Shown: one piece after another, positions 8,266 to 16,086 of the stretch
Position numbering within the stretch: the stretch's first letter is position 1
How the letters are laid out: each line of letters starts with the position of its first letter
Source: Patescibacteria group bacterium
GTDB taxonomy: Bacteria > Patescibacteriota > Patescibacteriia > UBA9934 > GWF2-40-263
Assembly (NCBI GenBank): GCA_041661745.1
Contig: JBAZTR010000001.1
Location: forward strand, 252,471 to 298,305
Direction: 5' to 3'
Length of the DNA stretch: 45,835 bases
Notes under the pieces: model-generated
What the model saw: the letters and a program-made list of their open reading frames with translations, nothing else
What the model was told of the DNA's origin: nothing
The model's database searches: none
Made by a program: the position numbers and the translations under genes

Positions 8266-11200
8266 TTAAGAGACGGCTACCCCGCGTTTTTTTAGCCTTA
8301 AAAGCCACCAGCTACAAACTAAAAGAACAAAAACTGTAATAACAGTGGTTTGCAAATTCAGATAACTAAACAAACTGGCCCATAAATTTTTCTCAACGGT
8401 AAAAATCATAACCTGCCCTGGCTGACTTTTAATTTTAGCTTCCGGATCAACGGCTACAGCGTAAATAGTATGATCACCGGACGACAGTTCGGTCGTATCT
8501 TGTGAATGGGCGATTTGCCAATCGCCTTTCTCGTCAGCTCTAGTTTGATAAACCAAGGCTTGATCACTATGGATATAAACCGCTACATCGCTTTTTGGCA
8601 TGGCTGTGCCGTGAAAAATAAACTCATCTCCACCGACTGAGGCCATAGTTAAGGTAACTTCCGGCGTCGGCAAAGTCGGAACCTCGATTGCTTCGGCTTC
8701 TTCTAAAATTACTTCGGCCGGAGGAATAGGGAGAATTGTCGGTAAGGGGATAATTGTTACCTCCGGAATGGTTTCGACAACTTCAGGAACAACAACCGGT
8801 TCGACTGGTACAACCTCGGTCGGTTCAACCTCTGGTTCAGTAACGGTTGTTGGTGGAGTTATAACTTCTGGGGTGGGAACAACCGGCTCTTCCAGTGGAG
8901 TTAAGTCGATAAGGAAAATTAACGGATCAGAAAATTGACTAATATTACCGGCTTCATCAGTCGCTTTAACAGTAATGCTGTGACTTCCTTCGGTGAAAGT
9001 TAAAGACAGAGAAAAATTTCGATTGGTATCAACCGGATTTGGCAGTCGTTGAACAAAAACATCATTATCAAACAAATCAATTTGCGCGAATGGTTCGGAT
9101 AGGCCGGAAATTCTAATCGTGGTTTGGTCGGTAGGTGTAGCCACTGGATTCAAGACCGGCTTATTTGGAGCAACTGTATCGACCCAAACGCCGCCGCCTG
9201 TGCTACTAGGAGCTACAGTTGGTGTTGTCGAAGCCCCGGCCGAAAGTAAACTTTCGCTTGTCGAAGCATGCGCAGCATCACTTGGATTGCGTGATTTGGT
9301 CGAAAATACGTAATCTGAAATCGGCGAAGCTAGCCCTGTCACGGTAATCGTGGACCACGCGACCGTTGTTTGCCAAACTGCATCATCACCCAAGGTGCCG
9401 TCAGCTTGCACGTATTTTCCCGTTGAACTTTCAAATATCGCATAATCTAACCCATCAACTTCTGAAGAATTTTTGTTGACAACTACGTCCGCGGTGTCTG
9501 TTGTTGGATTTGAAACAGTTGGTGAATTCGGTATATACGGTTTTACGTATAAATACGCCGAGGCCGGTGAAAGATTTTCGTTTTCAGCGCTGTGACTAAA
9601 AGTGTCGGTTTCGACAATTTTTACTTTAGAAACGTAATCATTGCCAAGCAGGACGGTTCCAACATCAACAACTTGACCGGTAAGTGTCGCCGCTCCACTT
9701 AAACCATCAACAGCGGTCCCATACGCTTCTCCGTTTAATGCGACAAATAACTCATTAGTGTTTGGATTTGACTCGGTAAAACTTCCGCCAATCACGACTT
9801 CCGAACCCCCAGCCAATGGTTGGGCTTCCAAATCCGCGGTTGCCAATACGACCGGATCCTTTGTATCCAAAGCAAAATCAATCGAGGCAATTGGTAAAGC
9901 GGTATTATTAAAATGATCCGAGGCTATAAGATGAATTCTCATGGTTTCCACGTCTTCGTCGGAAAAATCAGTTCCAGCGTCCCAAATAATTTGTTTATCC
10001 TCCCCGGCGCTTTGGCCAGAACCAATATGGCCGGTTGCCGATGTGTCAGGCACCAACCACGAGGCTCCGCTATCTTCGGAAATCTCAAGGTCAACAGTTA
10101 AATTCGTTGTACTAAAATCCGTTAAGTCGTAGGTAAAAACCACGGAATCCGAACCAGAAGTTTGAAGAGCAACAATATTACTCACTTCAGGGGCTTTTAA
10201 GTCCAATGGAAATAACGAGCTGACGGCATTGTCACCATCTGCGGTTCCGTCATTTCCCTGCAATCTAACATAAACTGAATCGTCTTCTACATCAGAAAGA
10301 TCTGCTCCGGCATCCCAAGCAAAAGTAAGGGCTGTTCCACCCGCTGCAAACGGAAGATCGATTTTACCGTCCGAATCAACACCGGACTTTTCGGTCATTT
10401 CAGACCAGGTTAAATTATCCAAAGAATACTCCGCAACAACCAAATCCACCAAGTCACCTTCCAAATCTGTTCCAGTATATTCAATCATTACATAACTTTC
10501 CCCACTCACCTGGGCCGCTGAATCCATACGAATATCGGGAGCGCTATTATCGGCAGAGGCACCTGAAGACAGAGCACTTTCACTTGTCAAAGCGTGCGCG
10601 GCATCGCTTGAGTTGCGTGATTTGGTTTGAAAAGTGTCACCAGAAGCCGGCGCAGTTAACCCGGTAACCGTAATTGTGGACCACGCCGCGATTGTTTGCC
10701 AAACTTCGCTTCCCCCTAAACTTCCATCGGCCTGGACCCAGCTCGTTTCGTTGTTTGCATATATCGCATACTCCAATCCAGGAGCTTCGGCCGGATTTGC
10801 GATTACCTGAACATTAACACTGGTCTCGGTTAGATTATTCACAACCGGTGAACTTGGTGTATATGGATGAACATATTTATATATGGTGTTTGGAGCGACA
10901 TTCTCGTTTTCAGCACTATGGCCAAAAGTATCGGCTTCCGTAATTTTAACTTTAGAAACATAATCGTTACCATCAAGAGTAACGCCCATATCAACAATTT
11001 GATTCGTAAGCGACGCGGTATAGCCGGTCCCACTTGTGGCCGTTCCGTAACTCCCATCATTTATCGCGACATACAAATCGTTTGTATACGGATTATTTTC
11101 CGTAAAGCTACCGGCAAGCACAACATTAGTTGAACCACCGTGTGGCTGAATTTCTAAATCCGCAGCCGCAAGCACAACAGGATCGGCGGTATCGAGAGCA

Positions 11201-13221
11201 AAATCAACCGACGGCTCATAATCGCCGACATTTTGAAAAGCATCGGTGGCACGAAGGTGTACCTGCATTGTCGCCAAATCCTGACCGGAAAAATCCGCCC
11301 CGGCATTCCAGGTAATAGTTTTTCCGGTACCAGTGGTCTGCCCTGCCCCAACTGCTCCTGTCACCGAAATATCAGTCACAGTCCACGTACCCCCGCTATC
11401 CGAAGAAATATCCAGTTCAACTAAAAGCGTGTCTGAGGTGTCGTCGGCCAAATCATAAGAAATAGAAACCGTTTCCACCCCGGCCGTCTGCGAAGCCACA
11501 ACATTTGAAACAATCGGATTTGCCGCGTCAACCACAAAGGCAGAAGACGCGGTATAGTCTCCGTTCACAATGCCGTCATTAGGCCGCAATCGAACGTAAA
11601 CAGTCGTGTCGTAAAGATCACCGATTTGCGAAGCCGCATCCCAGACAAAGGTATGGGTCACGCCGGTTGGCGAGGCGGAAAGACCGGTAACGCCACTATG
11701 AGCCGGGTCGGCCGGCACTGGGGTCATTGTTACTTCCTCACCGGCAAAAGCCCCGGTGAGGGAATATTCGTACGAGACTAAGCTGCAAGTATCACTTTCC
11801 GCATCCAACAAATCATATTCCACAAATACATATCCCGCGGCAGTATTTTGCGCAGGGGAAATATTGGCCACACTCGGAGCTTCGTCTTCGGTATACCCAA
11901 TCGAAATATTACTAAGAATTACCTGCTGTGATCCATTGCTTTCCAAAAACGCTTTCCATTTAATTTTTTTATTCACTGAAGAAAAGGCCGAGATGTGGGA
12001 ATTCACATCCGTTGCATTATTGTAATTTGTCGACCCAGCGGTGGCCCAGGCCGAACCGTTCCAATATTGCCAGGTAACCCCATCGTCATCGGAAAGTTGA
12101 TAATAAATTTCTCCCCCATTTTTTGTGGCGGTTTCGGTGAATGAATCCCAGGTGGTCGAGAGGGTTGTTGTAAGCGACGAATTTGGATAAATTGTTGGTT
12201 TGCTTGTATCGTAACTTGCTACGGTCTTACTCCAATTCAACTGAACATTATCATAGCCAACCGAATAAGGTCCGCCGCTCGTTGTGTTCGTTTCAATCCA
12301 TGTTGCCACCTTCAAATAGTAGGTACCGGCCGCCGTCACCTTAGATGACACATCTAAACTAACAACCCCCGCCCAGCTACTTGTTGCGGTTATTTCTGAC
12401 GATGCCCAAACTTGCTGACCAATAACCGGCGCACCGGTTCCAGTATCAACAAATACAAGAGCTTTAAAAGTGATTGGATTGGGAGTTGAATCATAATCAC
12501 TCACTTGCCAGTCAAAACTCAAGGTAGTTATTGGATCTGCCACGGTGGTAGTAAATCCTTGATAATAATAACCGCCGTATTGATCGCCTGTTCCAACCGG
12601 CATTCGGATACGAATCCAACCTCCGGGATTTCCCCCGGCCGCTTGACGAGCACCGTCGACATTAGATTCCCCCGCCCCTTGATCCCAGTCCGCATAGGTC
12701 CAACCATTAGCATTTGATGTAAAATCAGGATTTGTTGTGGCACCCGAATACACTGTGTTCGTTGCTTTTAGCCCCGCCGCGCCACCTGTTACCTCAATTT
12801 TTGCCACGTCGTAGGCATAGTCACCGGCTGTGTCAAAAGTCCAATCTTGCGTATCGGCCAACAAAACCTGGGCGCCGAGCAGATAAAAAGAGATTACACC
12901 GACGAATAAAACTTTGGAAACCAAAATCCCGCCAGCTCCGAACAGGGTGATTATTCCTATTTTTCGCCTGACCAGGTAATTGTGATAATGGACTTGGTTT
13001 TTTTCTTTAGTCGGAAACAAAAAACCTTTTTCTTGTATTTTTTTTGGTGAAACTAGAAAAAAAAGCGGCAGTGAAACAATCAAAAAAATGATCTCCACGA
13101 CTACCAAAAGAATGGCTAACCATAACATTTGGGCGATATTTTTTGCGTTAACTAGTTTTTCTTTGAGAGCGTGAGTGGTTCCGGATAAACGCAAAAATAA
13201 ATTTAGTAAATTTACCTCCAT
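8266..13221 (-). CDS. Giant (1651 aa) membrane-anchored surface protein with FN3/Ig-like repeats
   Basis: N-terminal TM pair, jelly-roll-like region, two roughly 442-aa super-repeats containing FN3-like units, a PT/PE-rich linker, an Ig-like C-terminal module and a C-terminal TM helix (VITVFVLLVCSWWLLRLKKRG). Confidence 0.8.
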   Translation of the reverse strand: MEVNLLNLFLRLSGTTHALKEKLVNAKNIAQMLWLAILLVVVEIIFLIVSLPLFFLVSPKKIQEKGFLFPTKEKNQVHYHNYLVRRKIGIITLFGAGGILVSKVLFVGVISFYLLGAQVLLADTQDWTFDTAGDYAYDVAKIEVTGGAAGLKATNTVYSGATTNPDFTSNANGWTYADWDQGAGESNVDGARQAAGGNPGGWIRIRMPVGTGDQYGGYYYQGFTTTVADPITTLSFDWQVSDYDSTPNPITFKALVFVDTGTGAPVIGQQVWASSEITATSSWAGVVSLDVSSKVTAAGTYYLKVATWIETNTTSGGPYSVGYDNVQLNWSKTVASYDTSKPTIYPNSSLTTTLSTTWDSFTETATKNGGEIYYQLSDDDGVTWQYWNGSAWATAGSTNYNNATDVNSHISAFSSVNKKIKWKAFLESNGSQQVILSNISIGYTEDEAPSVANISPAQNTAAGYVFVEYDLLDAESDTCSLVSYEYSLTGAFAGEEVTMTPVPADPAHSGVTGLSASPTGVTHTFVWDAASQIGDLYDTTVYVRLRPNDGIVNGDYTASSAFVVDAANPIVSNVVASQTAGVETVSISYDLADDTSDTLLVELDISSDSGGTWTVTDISVTGAVGAGQTTGTGKTITWNAGADFSGQDLATMQVHLRATDAFQNVGDYEPSVDFALDTADPVVLAAADLEIQPHGGSTNVVLAGSFTENNPYTNDLYVAINDGSYGTATSGTGYTASLTNQIVDMGVTLDGNDYVSKVKITEADTFGHSAENENVAPNTIYKYVHPYTPSSPVVNNLTETSVNVQVIANPAEAPGLEYAIYANNETSWVQADGSLGGSEVWQTIAAWSTITVTGLTAPASGDTFQTKSRNSSDAAHALTSESALSSGASADNSAPDIRMDSAAQVSGESYVMIEYTGTDLEGDLVDLVVAEYSLDNLTWSEMTEKSGVDSDGKIDLPFAAGGTALTFAWDAGADLSDVEDDSVYVRLQGNDGTADGDNAVSSLFPLDLKAPEVSNIVALQTSGSDSVVFTYDLTDFSTTNLTVDLEISEDSGASWLVPDTSATGHIGSGQSAGEDKQIIWDAGTDFSDEDVETMRIHLIASDHFNNTALPIASIDFALDTKDPVVLATADLEAQPLAGGSEVVIGGSFTESNPNTNELFVALNGEAYGTAVDGLSGAATLTGQVVDVGTVLLGNDYVSKVKIVETDTFSHSAENENLSPASAYLYVKPYIPNSPTVSNPTTDTADVVVNKNSSEVDGLDYAIFESSTGKYVQADGTLGDDAVWQTTVAWSTITVTGLASPISDYVFSTKSRNPSDAAHASTSESLLSAGASTTPTVAPSSTGGGVWVDTVAPNKPVLNPVATPTDQTTIRISGLSEPFAQIDLFDNDVFVQRLPNPVDTNRNFSLSLTFTEGSHSITVKATDEAGNISQFSDPLIFLIDLTPLEEPVVPTPEVITPPTTVTEPEVEPTEVVPVEPVVVPEVVETIPEVTIIPLPTILPIPPAEVILEEAEAIEVPTLPTPEVTLTMASVGGDEFIFHGTAMPKSDVAVYIHSDQALVYQTRADEKGDWQIAHSQDTTELSSGDHTIYAVAVDPEAKIKSQPGQVMIFTVEKNLWASLFSYLNLQTTVITVFVLLVCSWWLLRLKKRGVAVS
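9240..11891 (-). repeat. Tandem intragenic duplication, 2 x 1326 nt, inside the giant surface protein gene (ends approximate)
   Basis: Two anchor words recur exactly 1326 nt apart: gc(a/g)tgcgc at 9266/10592 and ttttcagc at 9581/10907. The protein segments align (DFALDT.DPVVLA.ADLE.QP..., GNDYVSKVKI.E.DTF.HSAENEN). Confidence 0.8.
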
Positions 13222-13238
13222 ATTTTTAAAATTGGAAT

Positions 13239-14066
13239 CTAAATCGTTAAAAAGGTCAAAAAGACACCAACAACAATAAATATCACCACCGACCAGTTAG
13301 CCAAGACATCGACGTTTCTTGTAAGCGAATCAATAAAGGTGGTTTGAACCCTAAAAAACTGCTCGTTGGAAAACTCGCTTCTGGTTTGATTTGCTTCATC
13401 ATATGTAAAAACCAAAACCGAATGGTTGCCTTCGTTTAATTTAAATTCTTTTTGTTGATGCTCGATTTGCCAGGTTCCGTCCGATTTAACCTGTTCTGTA
13501 TAAACAGCGGTCTGCTGACCGGAAAGCATTAAAACCACGGTTGAGCCGGATTGGCCGACTCCATAAAAAACATAATCCTGACCATTGCTTTTTCTTATTC
13601 CGGTTAATTCCGGGACAGCCAAATCAAAAACAATCGAAGCAGCTGGTATACCGGCTTCAACCGTTAGCGCCTGGGTATCAACCGCCAAAATATCAGGCGG
13701 CCGAAGTTCCGAAACACTATATAACTTAAGTGGCCCAAAAACCGTTGGAACAACAAGAATTAGTAATAATTTCATCAACCAAATAAACAAAATAATACTC
13801 ACGCCGGTCAAGGTAATAACGCGGCGCAAGTTATAATCAAAAGACACCTTGGCATAGCTGCCTTTTTCTTCAAAAAAAGCCACAACCGATTGCGGCTTTA
13901 AACTAAAATAAAGCGGTAAAGACACGCCTGCCAACAAAATTTCTAAAACGACTAGTTCTAAAACTACCCCTACAGCCCTTATTCCCTCGGTCACAATTAC
14001 CTGTTGTTTTTTTTGATAGATGCGATTAGATATTCGCAGTACCAACCCCAACCAGGCGGACCTCAT
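13239..14066 (-). CDS. Membrane protein, short paralogue of the giant protein termini
   Basis: It shares the N-terminal TM pair (VSLPLYF / VSLPLFF) and the C-terminal Ig-like module plus TM anchor (DGTWQIEHQ...GNHSV vs KGDWQIAHS...GDHTI) with the 1651-aa protein. Confidence 0.7.
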   Translation of the reverse strand: MRSAWLGLVLRISNRIYQKKQQVIVTEGIRAVGVVLELVVLEILLAGVSLPLYFSLKPQSVVAFFEEKGSYAKVSFDYNLRRVITLTGVSIILFIWLMKLLLILVVPTVFGPLKLYSVSELRPPDILAVDTQALTVEAGIPAASIVFDLAVPELTGIRKSNGQDYVFYGVGQSGSTVVLMLSGQQTAVYTEQVKSDGTWQIEHQQKEFKLNEGNHSVLVFTYDEANQTRSEFSNEQFFRVQTTFIDSLTRNVDVLANWSVVIFIVVGVFLTFLTI

Positions 14067-14077
14067 ATTAAAAGATG

Positions 14078-14461
14078 CTAGCTAGCCAAAAAACTTTTTA
14101 CCTTTTCGGCTAATTTACTTAAATCAATATCGGCTTTGACAAAATAGTCAATCGCCCCCAAATCTTTTGCCTTATCAATACTTTCCCGGTCGCCTAAGTT
14201 AGACAGAACAATTACCGGTATTGCTTTGAGAGTTGTGTTAGCTTTTATATTTTTTAAATAATCAAAACCGCTTAACTTAGGAATGATTAAATCCAATAAA
14301 ACCAGATCCGGTTTTAATCTTTCGGTCATTTTCTGCCCAGTTTCGCCATCCGTGGCCGTGGCAATGGTAAAATCTTCTTCGTGAAACAACAAATAAAGAG
14401 CTCGCAAAATCACTTCATCGTCTTCAATAATCAAAATGACTTTTTTTTCTTTCTTAACCAT
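14078..14461 (-). CDS. Single-domain response regulator (receiver only)
   Basis: ILIIEDDEV..., DLVLLDLIIPKLSGFD, PVIVLSNLGD, K at FVKAD. Confidence 0.85.
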   Translation of the reverse strand: MVKKEKKVILIIEDDEVILRALYLLFHEEDFTIATATDGETGQKMTERLKPDLVLLDLIIPKLSGFDYLKNIKANTTLKAIPVIVLSNLGDRESIDKAKDLGAIDYFVKADIDLSKLAEKVKSFLAS

Positions 14462-14467
14462 AGTCTT

Positions 14468-14854
14468 CTAAACCTTTAATCTTTTTTTAACGTAATCAAC
14501 AACTTTTTCGACCTCAGTATTGGCTTTAATAAAATATTCCTCGGCCCCCAAAACCTTAGTTGATTTTACATCGCCAACATCTTCTAAATTTGAAAGAATG
14601 ATTACGGGAATTTTTTTAGTTACCTCGCCAGCTTTTAAATTTTTTAAAACAGCAAAACCGTCGAGACCCGGCAAAACCAAATCAAGCAGAATCATATCCG
14701 GCGAAAAATCTTTGGCGGCTTTTTCTGCTTCCAAACCGTTTTCAACCATGGCAATCTCAAAATTTTCTCTGGCAAAAGTTTCGGAAAGAACTCTTAATAA
14801 AAGGGCGTCGTCCTCAATTATTAAAATTTTTTTAACGGGTTTTTTCTTTGACAT
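14468..14854 (-). CDS. Single-domain response regulator (receiver only)
   Basis: ILIIEDDALL..., DMILLDLVLPGLDGF, PVIILSNLED, FIKAN. Confidence 0.85.
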   Translation of the reverse strand: MSKKKPVKKILIIEDDALLLRVLSETFARENFEIAMVENGLEAEKAAKDFSPDMILLDLVLPGLDGFAVLKNLKAGEVTKKIPVIILSNLEDVGDVKSTKVLGAEEYFIKANTEVEKVVDYVKKRLKV

Positions 14855-14952
14855 AACTTAAAAAACAGAAATATCCTTAAAATATCTTACCACAATCCAT
14901 CTATATGTAAAATACAACAAAACAAGATTTTTGTTTTGAAAAAGGGGGATAA

Positions 14953-14986
14953 CTAAAACCACCCCAATATCCGGGGTGGTTTTTTG
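14953..14986 (-). terminator. Hairpin terminator downstream of the DUF4870-like gene
   Basis: aaaaccacccc-aatatc-cggggtggtttttt (A/T runs on both sides). Confidence 0.65.
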
Positions 14987-14991
14987 ATTCC

Positions 14992-15315
14992 TTAAAATTT
15001 GAACATGCTTGCCAGCCCACCAATAACCGGAAGAGGTGTCTTTTTACCATTAACAGCATTAATTATGCCAAGAATTAAGAGAACAAGGGTGGCCAAACCG
15101 AGCAACCCAAACACCCAACTAAACGACCAATACAATTGATAAGGCAAAATCCAATGAATTACATTGATAATCACACTGAATAGGAACAAAACCAACCCCT
15201 GTTTGGTATGAAACTTAACATATTCGTCCCTGCTAGCATCACCGGTCAAAAGCGGAACGAAAAATAGAATGTACGCCAATACGGCCATGACCGTATTTTG
15301 AGAAGCTTGCGCCAT
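14992..15315 (-). CDS. Small membrane protein, DUF4870-like
   Basis: MAVLAYILFFVPLL...VKFHTKQGLVLFLF pattern and 3 TM segments. Confidence 0.6.
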   Translation of the reverse strand: MAQASQNTVMAVLAYILFFVPLLTGDASRDEYVKFHTKQGLVLFLFSVIINVIHWILPYQLYWSFSWVFGLLGLATLVLLILGIINAVNGKKTPLPVIGGLASMFKF

Positions 15316-15340
15316 AAAAAATGGATATTATCAAATTAAA

Positions 15341-16003
15341 TTATTCGTTTGTTGAGTACATGACGGTTATCTCCTGTTCTTCACTATTAAGGTCAAAGGC
15401 AAGAGTGAGGACTGTGCTACCATCACCTTTTTCCAACATAACCGTACCGTCTTCAGTATTCACCTCACCGTAAGCCGACTGATACCCTTCGTCGGTAAAT
15501 TTTTCAACCAGCTTACCAAAACTTTCCGAAGTTACTTTTTCCGGCACCATTACCTGAACTGCAAAACCCGCCACTCCGTAACCAAGACTAAACCCGATAA
15601 TTTTACAATCATCAAAAACCGACTCAACTTCCGGCCTGGCCACTTGATCAAAAAGTGACGAAGTGTCTTTGTCAAGATAGCCTGTTGTGGCTTCGTTAAA
15701 CTTTTGTGCCGGTGTTTTGGCTGTTTCCTCGGCTTCATCAGCATCCGCTTGAGCTTCCTCTTCGGCGGCAATTCGCGCCAACTCGCTGAAAGCATCGGCC
15801 GATAAGCCGCCGGTTCCACCGGCCAAGCCGCCCATCAAACCACCCATACCTGTTGGGGCATTAATGCCGTAAATTGCCTGATAATACTCGTTTACCAACT
15901 TTTGTTGGCGCCAACGGTTGTAGCCGTAGTTGGCACAACCGGCGACTATTATCACGGCCAGGACACTCACCACAATAATTATCGCCTTTTTATTTTTTTC
16001 CAT
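15341..16003 (-). CDS. Putative lipoprotein, function unknown
   Basis: ATG at 16003 gives MEKNKKAIIIVVSVLAVIIVAGC, a lipobox-like VAGC. The track start at 16027 is TTG. Confidence 0.6.
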   Translation of the reverse strand: MEKNKKAIIIVVSVLAVIIVAGCANYGYNRWRQQKLVNEYYQAIYGINAPTGMGGLMGGLAGGTGGLSADAFSELARIAAEEEAQADADEAEETAKTPAQKFNEATTGYLDKDTSSLFDQVARPEVESVFDDCKIIGFSLGYGVAGFAVQVMVPEKVTSESFGKLVEKFTDEGYQSAYGEVNTEDGTVMLEKGDGSTVLTLAFDLNSEEQEITVMYSTNE

Positions 16004-16086
16004 AGACTTGTTTATCCCAACAGCCAAAGCTGATCGGGTTTAATAATCGAAAAATATTATCTACAGTTTAGCACTAATCAAAATGT

